A stretch of DNA of 64,000 bases from Mustelus asterias (taxonomy: Eukaryota), in NCBI RefSeq assembly GCF_964213995.1, contig NC_135808.1:50282001-50346000 (forward strand), written 5' to 3'. The translations under genes and the position numbers were made by a program. A model generated the notes under the pieces. The model did not search any database and was not told the origin of the DNA. It saw only the letters and a program-made list of their open reading frames with translations. Below, piece after piece: positions 49,869 to 62,850 of this stretch. How positions within the stretch are numbered: the first letter of the stretch is position 1; every line of letters begins with the position of its first letter.

Positions 49869-50188
49869 CCCACTGGAGCCTCCAATAGGGAGCAGTAAAC
49901 ATGGCCTCCTTCCCACTGGAGCCTCCAATAGGGACCAGTAAACATGGCCTCCTTCCCACTGGAGCCTCCAATAGGGAGCAGTAAACATGGCCTCCTTCCC
50001 ACTGGAGCCTCTAATAGGGAGCAGTAAACATGGCCTCCTTCCCACTGGAGCCTCCAATAGGGAGCAGTAAACATGGCCTCCTTCCCACTGGAGCCTCCAA
50101 TAGGGAGCAGTAAACATGGCCTCCTTCCCACTGGAGCCTCCAATAGGGACCAGTAAACATGGGCCTCCTTCCCACTGGAGCCTCCAGT
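49869..50188 (+). repeat. 43-bp minisatellite, ~7 copies
   Basis: Unit CCCACTGGAGCCTCCAATAGGGAGCAGTAAACATGGCCTCCTT. Confidence 0.93.
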
Positions 50189-51049
50189 AGCTGAGCTTCA
50201 AACTCCACATCCTCTCCATCATGTAGGCCTCTTATTTCCATCTCTACAACATTGTCTGTCTCTACACTACATCAGTCCCTTAAGTACAGAAACCCTTATC
50301 CCTGCATGTCCCGCCTTCTAACTCCATTATTCCGATATCCTCACCCAGCTCCCCACATCCATAAACCCCAACTTGTCCCAAATGAAGTGGGTCCGGATCC
50401 TGTCTCATACCAAGTGTCGTTCCAACACCACCCCTGACCTCACTGATCTATCACCCCTGACCTCAGTGATCTATCACCCCTGACCTCACTGATCTATCGC
50501 CCCTGACTTCATTTACCTGTTACCGTTGGCCTCACTGACCTGTTACCCCTGACCTCACTGCCCTCCAATTCCCTCCATGACCTCACTCCTCCCTACCCTG
50601 CGTTCCTGCTCCAGACTCACATTTCTCCCTCACCTTCCATCTGCTGACTCTGCTCCGCGGCCCATCGCTGCTTCCTTCATCCCACCATTGACAGCAGAGC
50701 CTTCAGACGCCCAGGCCCTGCTCTCTGACCTCCCACCCTTAATCCCTCCCCCTCTCCATGTCTCTCTCCTCATCAAACTCCATTCTTTCACCCAAGCTTC
50801 GATCTCTCTTCCTAAACTACCCCCAGCCCCTCCCCCATTCCTCTTACGCTGCTCTGTGAAACATAATGGGCTATGTTGTACACTAAGGTGCTATATAAAT
50901 TCAGGTTCTGTGTGGATTTTGGTTGTGGACAGAAGTAGACACAGTGGTGAAGGCTCTTGCAGTCAAATATCCTGCTGACAGGATCCAGACTTTAACAGAT
51001 CGAATGGGACATTGTGTAAAGTAGGAATTATTAAAAATGTATTCATTGA

Positions 51050-53840
51050 CGGGGTGTGGGTGTCACTGGCTATACCAACATTTATTGCCCATCCCTAATT
51101 GTCCTTGAGAAGGTGGTGATGAGCTGCCTTCTTGAGCTGCTGCAGTCCATGAGGTGTACATACACCCACAGTGCTGTTAGGGAGCGTTTTCAGGATTCTG
51201 ACCCAGCGACAGTGCATGAATGGAGATGTATTTCCACGTCAGAATGGCGTGTGGCTTGGAGGGGAATCTCCTGGTGGTGTTGATCCCAGGGATCTGCTAC
51301 ATTTGTCTTTCCAGATGATAGTGGTCATGGTATTCGAAGGTGCTGCCTCAGGAACCTTGGTGAGTTCATGCAGGGCATCTTATAGATGGCACACACTGCT
51401 GCTGCTGTCCGACAGTGGTGGAGGGATTTAATGTTTGTGAATGGGTGCCAATCAACTGGGGCTGCTTTGTCCTGGATGGTGTTGAGCTTCTTGAGTGTTG
51501 CTGGAGCTCTACTCATCCAGACAAGTGGAGAGTATTCCATCACACTCCGGACTTGTGCCTTGTAGATGGTGGACAGGCTTTGGAGAGTCAGGATGTGAGT
51601 TACTCACCGCAGGATTCCTATCCACTGACCTGCTCTTGTAGCCACAGTATTTATAGGCTGGTGCAGTTGAGTTTCTGGTCAATCATATCCAACAGGATTT
51701 TACAGTGGGGGATTCAGCAATGGTAATGACATTGAATGTCAAGGGGAGATGTTAAAATTCTCTCTTGTTGGAGATGGTGATTCCGTGGCACTTGTGTGGC
51801 ACGAATGTTCCTGCTTCAATATCTGAGGAGTTGTGAATGGTGCTGAGCATTGTGCAATCATCAGTGAACATCCCCACTTCTGAAGGTTATTAATGAAGCA
51901 GCTGAAGATGGTTGTGTCTCAGACACTCCCCTGAGGAACTCCTGCAGTGATGTCCCAAGGCAATCTCAGATTGCAATCCGCTAACCACAACCATCTTCTC
52001 ATCATATTGGGTGGCACGGTGACACACTCGTTAACACTACTGCCTCACAGCGCCAAGGACCCGGGTTCAATTCCTGGCATGGGGCACTGTCTGTGTGGAG
52101 TTTGCATGCTCTCCCCGTGTCTGCTTGCGTTTCCTCCGGGTGTTCCGGTTTCCTCCCACAGTCCGAAAGACCTGCTGGTTAAATGCATTGGTCATGCTAA
52201 ATTCTCCCTCAGTGTACCCGAACAGGCGCCGGAGTGTGGTGACTAAGGGATTTTCCTGGTAACTTCATTGCAGTGTTAATGTAAGCCTACTTGTGACACT
52301 AATACTGACACTTAAACTTAAAAGTCCAATAACCACAACCATCTTCCTTTGTGCTGGGTGTGACTCCAGCCAGTGGAGAGTTTCCCCCTGATTTCCATTG
52401 GTTCCAGTTTTGCGAGGGCTCCTTGATGCCACACTCGGTCAAATGCTGCCTTGGTGTCAAGGGCAGTCACTCTCACCTCACCTCTGGGGTTCAGCTCTTT
52501 TGTCCATGTTTGAACCAAGGCTGTAATGAGGTCAGGAGCTGAGTGACCCTGGCGGAACCCTAACTGAGTGTCAGTGAGCAGGTTGTTGCTAGTAAGTGCC
52601 GCTTGATAGAACTGTCAACAATTTAAATCACTTCACTGATGATTGAGAGTAGATTGATGGGGCGGTAAGAGGCCAGAATAGAATTATCCTGTTTTTTGGT
52701 ATACAGGACATGTCTGGGCAATTTTCCACATTGCCGGGTAGATGCCAGTGTTGTAGCTGTACTGGAACAGCTTGGCTAAGGGCGCGACAAGTTCTGGAGC
52801 GCAGGTTTTCAGGACTATTGCTGGATTATTGTCAGGAGACAGAGTCATTGCTGTATCCAGTTGTAAATGTATCAGTCTTTTCTTTTCACTGATGTGCTGG
52901 GCTCCTCCATCATTGAGGATGGGGATATTCGTGGAGCTCCTCCTCCAGGGGGTTGTTTAATTGTCCACCACCATTCACTGGATGTGGCAGGACTGCAGAG
53001 CTTAGATCTGATCCATTGGTTGTGGGATGGTTTAGCTCTGTCTATCACTTGCTGCTTCTGCTGTTTGGCACACAGTCCTGTGTTGTAGCTTCACCAGGTT
53101 AACACCTCATTATTCAGTATATTTGCTGTTGCTCCTGCCATGCCCTCCTGCGCTCTTCATTGAACCAGGGTTGATCCCCTGGCTGGGTGGTAATGGTAGA
53201 GTGGGGGATATGCCGGGCCATAAGGTTACAGATTGTGGTTGAGTACAATTCTGCTGCTGCTGATGGCCCACAGTGCCTCATGGATGCCCAGTTTTGAGTT
53301 GCTAGATCTGTTTGAAATCTATCCCATTTAGCACGGTGGCAGTGCCACACAACACGATGGAGGGTATCCTCAATGTGAAGATGGGATTTTATCTCCACAA
53401 GGACTGTGCGATGGTCACTCCTACCGATACTGTCATGGACAGATGCATCTGCGGCAGGCAGGTTGGTGAGGATGAGGTCGAGTATGTTTCTCCCTCTTGT
53501 TGGTTCCCTCCCCACCTGCCGCAGTCCCAGTCTAGCAGCGATGTCCTTTAGGACCCGGCCAGCTCGGTGTGTGGTGGTGCTACCGAGTAACTCTTGGTGA
53601 TGGACATTGAAGTCCCCACCCAGAGTACACTCTGTGTCCTTGCCACCCTCAGTGCTTCCACCAAGTGGTTTTCAACATGGAGGAGAACTGATTCATCAGC
53701 TGAGGGGGACGGTATGTGGTAACCAGGGGAGGTTTCCTTTTCCGTGTTTGACATGTTACCGAGAGACTACATGGAGTCTGGAATGTTGTTGAGGATTCCT
53801 TGGATAACTCCCTCCTGACTGTATCCCACTGTGCCTTCTG
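51050..53840 (-). mobile_element. Degenerate LINE (APE + RT) of the second family, with a V-SINE at ~52010-52320
   Basis: 'EPTRGRNILDLILTN...IGRSDH' (endonuclease); 'ALDTKAAFDRVWHQGAL' (RT); 'MEYSPLVW'. Confidence 0.8.
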
Positions 53841-54934
53841 TGCTGGGAGATTAGAGGTAGTGGACACGGTTCACCATTTTCTCCCGTCTCAGTAACAAAC
53901 ATCCAGCTGCTCTGAGCTCCTTCTTTCACTTCCTCTGTTGGTTACGTTTCAATCTTCCGATCTGACAGTCTTTGCAGTTATTTTTGACACTGGGGATTTG
54001 TGCTGTGGTCTGAATCTCTAACAATAACTGTCCAATCAGTGAAAAGAACAGCAGCTCAGAGCAGTCAGGACTGAGGAGCCAGGCTCACTGGGAAACACAT
54101 TGGGAAGATCAAAGCCATTGGTCTTCAGCTCCCGATACAAACTCCATCCCTCCCCCTGAGCACTGTCTGCTGCTCAACCAGACTCTCTACAACATTGGCC
54201 TCAACTTTGACCCCGATCTGACCCCCAAATCCTCCACATCACAAAGATTACTCTGCTCTCTCTTTCTTCGGTTGAAAGTGGGTGTTTTCACACTCTCCAC
54301 ATTGAACTCCATCTTCCATTGTCTTCAGACCCCATCACAAACTCTGTTCCCTCAACACTGATTCCATCCCTTCCCCATTGGAGTGTCTGACACTGAACCA
54401 CACACTCCACAGCCATGGTGTCCTATTTGACCCTGAGATGAGTTTCCCACCACATCATCCACTCCATCACTAAGACCACCTAGTTCCACCTCAGTAACAT
54501 CTCCCGAGTCCCCCCTGCCTCACATCATCCTCTGCTGAAAATCTCATCCGTGTCTTTGTTACCTCTGAACGTTACTATTCCAATGCTGTCCTGGCCGACC
54601 TCACACCCACCACCCTCCGTTATCATCAGCTCACCCAGAACTCTGCTGCCCGGATCTGAACTCACACCAAATCCCGTTCACCCGTCACCCCCTGTGTTCA
54701 CTGACCTACACTGACCCCCGGTCCAGCCATGCCCCGATTTTACCATTCTCATCCTGCCTCTCAAATCCCTCCCTATCCTGCACCCTCCCTATCTCTGTAA
54801 CCTCCTCTAAGCTGCCTAACTTAGTGTGCTCAGTAATCTTGGATATGTGTCTCTCTATTGCTTCATCCAAGTCATTGACAAATATAGTGAAAAGCTGAGG
54901 CTTCAGCACAGACCCCTGGGGACATCACTATTCT

Positions 54935-56040
54935 TAGAACATAGAACAGTACAGCACAGAACAGGCCCTTCGGCCCACGATGTTGTGCCGAGCTTTGTCT
55001 GAAACCCAGATCAAGCTATTTCCTCCCTATCATCCCGAAGTACTCCATGTGCCTATCCAATAGCTTCTTAAATGTTCCTAAAGTTTCTGACTCCACTATC
55101 CCTGCAGGCAGTCCATTCCACACCCCAACCACTCTGAGTAAAAAACCTACCTCGGACATCCTTCCTATATCTCCCACCATGAACCCTATAGTTATGCCCC
55201 CTAGTTACCGTTCCATTCACCCGAGGAAATAGTCTTTGAACGTTCACTCTATCTATCCCCCTCATCATCTTATAAACCTCATCAAGGCTCCTCTCAACCT
55301 CATTCACTCCAAAGAGAAAAGCCCAAGTTCCCTAAACCTTTCCTCATAAGACCTACCCTCTAAACCAGGCACCATCCTGGTAAATCTCCTTTGCACTCTT
55401 TCCAGTGTCTCCACATCCTTCTTGTAGTGAGGTGACCAGAACTGCACACAATATTCCAAATGTGGTCTCACCAAGGTCCTGTACAGTTGCAGCATAACCC
55501 CAGGGCTCTTAAACTCAAACCCCCTGTTAATGAACGCCAACACACTATAGGCCTTCTTCACGGCTCTATCCACTTGAGTGGCAACCTTCAGAGATCTATG
55601 GATATGAACCCCAAGATCTCTCTGTTCCTCCACAGAACCCTACCTTTGACCCTGTAATCCACATTTAAATTAGTCCTACCAAAATGAATCCCCTCGCATT
55701 TGTCTGGTTAAACTCCATTTGCCATTTTTCAGCCCAGCTCTGCATCCTATCAATGTCTCTTTGCAGCCTACAACAGCCCTCCACCTCATCCACTACTCCA
55801 CCAATCTTGGTGTCATCAGCAAATTTACTGGTCCACCCTTCAGCCCCATCCTCCAAGTCATTTATAAAAATGACAAATAGCAGAGGACCCAGCACTGATC
55901 CCTGTGGTACACCGCTGGTAACCGGTTTCCAGTCTGCAAATTTTCCATCCACCACCACCCTCTGTCTTCTATGAGATGGCCAGTTACTTCGCCAATCGGC
56001 AAAACTTCCCTCTATCCCACACATCCTTACTTTCTTCATA
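54935..56040 (-). mobile_element. 5'-truncated CR1-type LINE
   Basis: 'GVPQGSVLGPLLF...KFADDTK' and an (AGAACAT) tail. Confidence 0.9.
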
Positions 56041-56819
56041 ATTATGTGCTATTATGATGTGGAGATGCTGTCCAACGCCGGCATCTCCACATCATGACAT
56101 CACTATTCACAGCTTGCTGATTGGAATACACACACATTATCCCTACTCTCTGTCTCCTATCTCCGAACCAATTCCTTATCCATGGCAAAAGCTTTCCTCA
56201 AATTCTATGCACTTCCGTTTTTATTCACAACCTCCAGAGACATTTCTTTATCGAACATATTAGTGGCTCATTAACAAATGTAAGCGGCTGAGTTGAACAT
56301 GTCTGACTCTCTTGAAATCAGTGTTGAATCTCTCTGATCAGTTCATGTTTCTCACTCGTTCTGTCTCTCATAAAACATTCCAGTCATTTTCCCACAACAC
56401 ACATTAAACTGAGCTGTTAGTTGTGAATGACTCTCGTAAAACAGCTAGTACAGACATGAGGGGCTGAATGGCCTCCTCCTGTGTTATAGATCTATCTGGC
56501 TCATTGACTGAAACATCTGGATTGGAACAGGAGGTGGACTGGAGGTTAAACAATGAGTTGAAGGTAGACGGAGTGTTATTAGTGGGTCATGTCCAATGTA
56601 CATTGTGTCCAACACTTTCTCCAAAAGATGGGGGCAAATTTCCTGAAAAACAATGTGCCGTTGAGGAGATTTTCCTGCCGTTTTCTGGGCGTACTCAGTC
56701 AGTTGAATTTCCGGCACTCGGTGTTTCACAAAATCCACCAGGGATTTACACCAGTGGGCGGGGCCTAATCCCACCCGTGGGCCTGGCATCCTCCCACATC
56801 CCTGCCCCACCCCAGCTAA

Positions 56820-59212
56820 AAACGGAGGGAGCTCTGGAGGAGTACAATGAAAGTAGGAAAATACTCAAACGGGGAATTAGAAGAGCAAAAAGGGGTCACG
56901 AAATGTTCTTGGCAGACAGGATTAAGGAGAATCCCAAGGCATTTTATTCATACGTTAGGAACAAAAGGGTTGTTAGGGAAAAAATCGGACCTCTCAGGGA
57001 CAAAAGTGGGGACTTATGCTTGGAGCCCAAAGAGGTAGGGGAGATCCTAAATGAATACTTTGCGTCGGTATTCACAAAGGAGAGGGATGTGTTGACTGGG
57101 AGTGTCTCGGAGGGGAGTGTTGAACCGTTGGAGAAAATCTCCATTACAAAGGAGGAAGTGTTAGGTTTGTTAGAGAATATAAAGACTGACAAATCCCCAG
57201 GGCCTGATGGAATCTATCCAAGGCTGCTCAGGGAGACGAGAGGTGAAATCGTTGGGCCTCTGACGCAAATCTTTGTCTCGTCACTGGACGCAGGTGAGGT
57301 CCCAGAGGATTGGAGGATAGCCAATGTGGTCCCGTTATTTAAGAAGGGTAGGAAGGATAACCCGGGTAATTATAGGCCGGTGAGCTTGACGTCCGTGGTG
57401 GGGAAGTTGTTGGAGAAGATTCTTAAAGATAGGATGTATGCGCATTTAGAAAGGAATAAACTCATTAACAATAGTCAACATGGTTTTGTGAGAGGGAGGT
57501 CATGCCTCACTAACCTGGTGGTGTTTTTTGAAGAAGTGACCAAAATGGTTGACGAAGGAAGGGCCGTGGATGTTGTCTATATGGACTTTAGTAAAGCGTT
57601 TGACAAAGTCCCTCATGGTAGGCTAGTGAAAAAGGTTGGATCCCATGGGGTAAAAGCGGAGGTGGCTAGATGGGTGGAGAACTGGCTTGGTCATAGAAGA
57701 CAGAGGGTGGTAGTGGAAGGGTCTTTTTCCGGCTGGAGGCCTGTGACTAGTGGTGTACCGCAGGGCTCTGTATTGGGACCTCTGCTGTTTGTGATTTATA
57801 TAAATGATCTGGAAGAAGGAGTAACTGGGGTGATCAGTAAGTTTGCGGACGACACAAAACTGGCAGGACTTGCAGACAGTGAGGAACATAGTCAGAGGCT
57901 ACAGAAGGATATAGATAGGCTGGAAATTTGGGCAAGGAAATGGCAGATGGAGTTCAATCCTGATAAATGCGAAGTGATGCATTTTGGTGGGAATAATGTA
58001 GGGAGGAGCTACACGATAAATGGAAGAACCATAAAGGGTGTAGCGACGCAGAGGGACCTGGGTGTGCAAGTCCACAGATCTTTGAAGGTGACGTCACAGG
58101 TGGAGAAGGTGGTGAAGAAGGCATATGGCATGCTTGCCTTTATAGGACGGGGCATAGAGTATAAAAGTTGGGGTCTGATGTTGCAGATGTATAGAACGTT
58201 GGTTCGGCCACATTTGGAATACTGCGTCCAGTTCTGGTCGCCACACTACCAGAAGGACGTGGAGGCTTTGGAGAGAGTACAGAGGAGGTTTACCAGGATG
58301 TTGCCTGGTATGGAGGGGCTTGGTTATGAGGAGAGATTGGGGAAACTGGGGTTGTTCTCCTTGGAAAGACGGAGGATGAGGGGAGACTTAATAGAGGTGT
58401 ATAAAATTATGAAAGGCATGGATAGGGTGAACGGTGGGAAGCTTTTCCCCGGGTCGGTGGTGACGTTCACGAGGGGTCATAGGTTCAAGGTGAAGGGGGG
58501 GAGGTTTAACACAGATATCAGAAGGACATATTTCACACAGAGGGTCGTGGGGGCCTGGAATGGGTTGCCGGGCAAGGTGGTGGAGGCGGACACACTGGGA
58601 ACGTTTAAGACTTATCTAGACAGCTATATGAACGGAGTGGGAATGGAGGGATACAAAAGAGTGGTCTAGTTTGGACCAGGGAGCGGCGCGGGCTAATTGT
58701 TCCTTGTTTCTCGTTTCAAGGCTTCATTCTATGATCATCTTGCTGGTGCCAGTACAGAGCGAGACTGCGGATAGTTGGGAACCTGTCTCGGGGGCAGGGA
58801 ATTCATATGGTGTTCGTGGAAGTGGAAATGACTAGGGTTGGGAAGCATTTTCCGATCAGGGCCATTGTGATCTCCTGGACTCGTTTTGATCGCCTCAGGG
58901 GTCGGAGAGGAATTTCCCAGATTTTTTTTTTTTCCCCATATTGGCCCTGGGGTTTTTCACTCTGGGTTTTCGCCTCTCCCTGGAGATCACATGGTCTGGA
59001 ATGGGGGGGTGGGGGTGAGTTAATAGGTTGTAATGAACAAAGCATCGTAGCTGTGAGGGACAGCTCGGTGGATAGGATATTGGTATGTAGATAGGCTGGA
59101 AAATTGGGCGGGGATCCTGGATTCAGGATTCAATCCTGGACCGGGGAGCGGCGCGGGCTTGGAGGGCCGAAGGGCCTGTTCCTGTGCTGTATTGTTCTTT
59201 GTTTGTTCTTTG
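56820..59212 (+). mobile_element. Young 5'-truncated CR1-type LINE with an uninterrupted RT frame and a long 3' UTR
   Basis: Open frame to 58669 with all RT motifs (YMDFSKAFD, GVPQGS, FADD); (TTCTTTG) tail at ~59195-59212. Confidence 0.93.
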
Positions 59213-59589
59213 TTCTCACGATGGCTTCCCCAACCTAATTCCCCCCTCCCCCGATCACCATCCCCGACACTCCCACCCCCACCCCCCATTCCCCAGCCTC
59301 CCAATGGCTGGCCCAACACCCCCACTCCCTGATCACCAGCCTCCCAATGGCTTCCTCAACTGGAAGGTCCCTGCTGAACTCAGCAACAATTCTGGTTCCC
59401 CCCTCCCCACACCAGCTTCTAAACAAACATCAGCGATGGAATTGGGGAGAAGCGCAGAAAGAAACTTTAGTAAAAGTCAAACCAGCTTCACAATCATCGT
59501 CATTGCTCGCGCACTTTGACCCGAGCAAACCATTCGGAATCACTTTTGATGCCTCCTCATACTTTGCAGGGGGATGGGACACACTGTAG

Positions 59590-61570
59590 ATGTACAGTTG
59601 GGAGCGAGGTTCAGTCAGATATAGAAGGAAAACTCGGTCAGTCCAGCAGGCAGAGAAGACTTGGGCATGATAAGGTACATGGGAGGATTGGAAGGCTAAA
59701 CTGCATCTATTTTAATACAAGGAACCTGTCTGGTCAGGCAGATGAACTTAGCGAGTTGGTCAGCACGTGGAAATATGAGATTGTTGCAATCACTGAGACA
59801 TGGTTGAAAGAAGGGCAGGACTGGCAGCTCGATACTCCAGGGTATTGAAGTTCCAGGCGTGATTGGGGGAGATGTAAGAGAGGATGTAAGAGATTAAAGT
59901 TACTGCAGTAATGAGGAACGATGTATTGGAACGCTCTTCAAATGAGGCCATATGGGTGGAGCTGAGAAATATAAAGGGCGATCACTGTACTGGGATGATT
60001 CTACAGGCCTCCCAACACTCAGAGGGAGATAGAGGAACAGATATGTAGGCAAATCACAGAGTGAGGTGTGAGAGGAATAGGTCTGTGGTAGTCGGGGATT
60101 TCAACCTCACCAATATTAACTGGAATCACCTTAGTGTGAAAGGGGTGTCACGGTGGCAGTGTGGTTCGCGCTGCTGCCTCACCGCGGCAGCGATCCAGGG
60201 TCAATTCCAGCATCGGGTGCCTGTGTGGAGTTTGCATGTTCTCCCCGTGTCTGAGTGGGTTTCCTCCGGGTGCTCTGGTTTCCTCCCACAGTCTAACGAT
60301 GTGCAGGTTAGATTGATTGGCCATACTAAATTGCTCCTTAGCGTCAGAGGGACTAACAGGGTAAATACATGGGGTCACGGGGACAGGGCCTGGGTGGGAT
60401 TGTTGTTGGCGCAGGCTCGATGGGCTGAATGGCCTAGTTCTGCACTGTAGGGATTCTATGATTCTATGATTAGACAGGATAGAATTTGTAAAGTGATTCC
60501 AGGAGAGCTCTTTGCGTCAGTACGTCGACAATCCGACTCGGGATGAGCCAGTGCTCGATCTAATCCTCGGGAATGAAGCCGGGCAAGTTGTTGAAGTGTC
60601 AGTGGGGATGGGGAAGGTGGGCAGAGCAATGAAAGATGGAATTTAGTCCTGATACTTGTGAGGTGATGCATTTTGGGAGATTTAATAAGGGTAGGATATA
60701 CACAATGAACAGTAGGTACCGAGGGAGTATTGAGGAAAAAAGGGACCTTGGTGCAAAGTCCATAGATCCCTGAAGGTGGCAGCACAGGGCGATAGTGTGG
60801 TGAAGAAGGCAATTGGAATGCTTGCCTTCATTAGTCCGGGGGCTTCGAACATGGCAGGAGGGAGGTCTTGGTACAACTTTATAAAACATTGGTTAGGCCA
60901 CAGATGGAATATTGTGCGCAGTTCTGGTCACCACACTATCGGAAGGATGTGATTGCACTGGTGAGGGTGCAGAGGAGAATCACCGGGATGTTGCCTGGGA
61001 TGGAAAGTCTCAGCTTTGAGGAGAGACTGGATAGGCTGGATTTGTTTTCCCTGGAGCAGAGGAGGCTGAGAGGGGATCTGATAGAGGTTTACAAAATTAT
61101 GAGAGGTGTTGATAGGGTAGATCGTAAGAGACTTTTCCCCATGGCACAGGTGTCTAAGAGCAGAGGGCATAGGTTTAAGGTGAGAAGGAAGTGGTTTAGA
61201 GGAGATCTGAGAAAGAATTTTTCATGATGTGGAGATGCCGGCGTTGGACTGGGGTAAACACAGTAAGAGTTTTAACAACACCAGGTTAAAGCCATTTGCG
61301 ACCAAATAAACCTGTTGCACTTTAACCTGGTGTTGTTAAAACTCTGAAAGAATTTTTCACCCAGAGGGTGGTGGAAATATGGAATGCGCTGCCTGAGAGG
61401 GTGGTGGAGGCAGGAACTCTCGCTACATTTAAGAAGCATCTGGACAAGCACTTCAATCACCAAGGCAGAGTAACTATGGACCAAGTGCTGGTAAATGGGA
61501 TTAGTATAGATTGGTATTGGATGGTCAGCATAGACATGGTGGGCCGAAGGGCCTGTTTCTGTGCTGTGTA
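59590..61570 (+). mobile_element. Internally deleted CR1-type LINE with a nested V-SINE (~60144-60470)
   Basis: APE motifs 'IVAITETWL' and 'VVGDFN', then ORF2 C-terminus. Confidence 0.82.
61225..61345. mobile_element. 121-bp hairpin Penelope-like insertion
   Basis: 14-bp TSD GAAAGAATTTTTCA (61211-24 / 61346-59); internal ~26-bp inverted repeat. Confidence 0.65.
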
Positions 61571-62344
61571 ACTCTTTGATGCTATATGGAGTTGGAGCAG
61601 TTCTATCCCATAGAATGGCAGATGGGACGGAGAGGCCAAATTCATTTGCTTTGAGGACTTTGTCAGACGTTGAGAAAATGTACTCACAAATCGACAAAGA
61701 AAGCCGAGCAGTTATCTACACAGTGAGGAATTTCACCAATACGTCTATGGGCGGCATTTCACCATCGTGTCAGACCGTAAGCCATTGTTGGGGCTTTTCC
61801 GGGAGGATAAGCCAGTGCCACCTATTGTCTCTGCCAGGGGCAGAGATGGGCATTGCTGCTGGCAGTAAACAGCGAAACCTTCCAGCAGAGGCCGGGAACA
61901 AGATCTCAAATGCAGATGCATTGAGCCGCCTGCCGCTACCACAGACCATACCGTCACCGCCTGTTCCACAGGAGATAGTATTGGCTCTGCATTATTTGGT
62001 CACCCTGCCTGTCTCAGCAGCCCACACTCAGACGTGGACAGATAGGGAGCCGGTGTTAGCAAAGAGCAAGAAAATGGTACTGACCGGGTGGCACTTGGAC
62101 AAGGCAGAGCAAATGAAGCTGTATTTACATTGCAGGGACCAGATACCCTGCGAAGATGGGGTGCTATTGTCGGGGGGTCTCTGTCAGCGTCCACCCCCTG
62201 GGCAATGGCCATTGCTCCAAGTGTCACCTGGCCAGAGCAGAATGAAAGTGTTGGCCAGAAGTTATGTCTGGTGGCCTGGCATTGACAGAGACATTGAACA
62301 AACGGTTGGACAGTGTGAGAGAGTTGTCCGACTCAGCAAGCGTT

Positions 62345-62850
62345 ACCTCCACCAGCTTTTACAGATGCAACATAGAAAGCATTCTTTCTGGTTGTATCAC
62401 AGCTTGGTATGGCTCCTGCTCTGCCCAAGACCGCAAGGAACTACAAAAGGTCATGAATGTAGCCCAATCCATCACGCAAACCAGCCTCCCATCCATTGAT
62501 TCTGCTGACACTTCCTGCTGCCTCGGCAAAGCAGTCAGCATAATTAAGGACCCCATGTGCCCTGGACATTCTCTCTTCCACCTTCTTCCGTCGGGAAAAA
62601 GATACAAAAGTCTGAGGTCACGTACCAACCGACTCAAGAACATCTTCTTCCCTGCTGCTGTCAGACTTATGAATGGACTTACCTTGCATTAAGTTGATCT
62701 TTCTCTACACCCTAGCTGTGACTAACACTACATTCTGCACTCTCTCGTTTCCTTCTCTATGAACGGTATGTTTTGTCTGTATAGCGCGCAAGAAACAATA
62801 CTTTTCACTGTATGTTAATACATGTGGCAATAATAAATCAAATCAAATCA
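62345..62850 (+). mobile_element. Rex1/Babar-like LINE 3' end
   Basis: 'FYRCNIESILSGCITAWYG...TNRLKN.FFP.AVRLMN' and an (AAATC)n tail. Confidence 0.7.

Noticed and set aside
49670-50241. Repetitive-peptide ORFs
   Set aside because: Translations of the 43-bp minisatellite.
56468-58669. 733-aa ORF as a novel host-RT fusion gene
   Set aside because: The first ~117 aa are fortuitous read-through of flanking DNA into a 5'-truncated CR1 ORF2; there is no evidence of a promoter or conservation.
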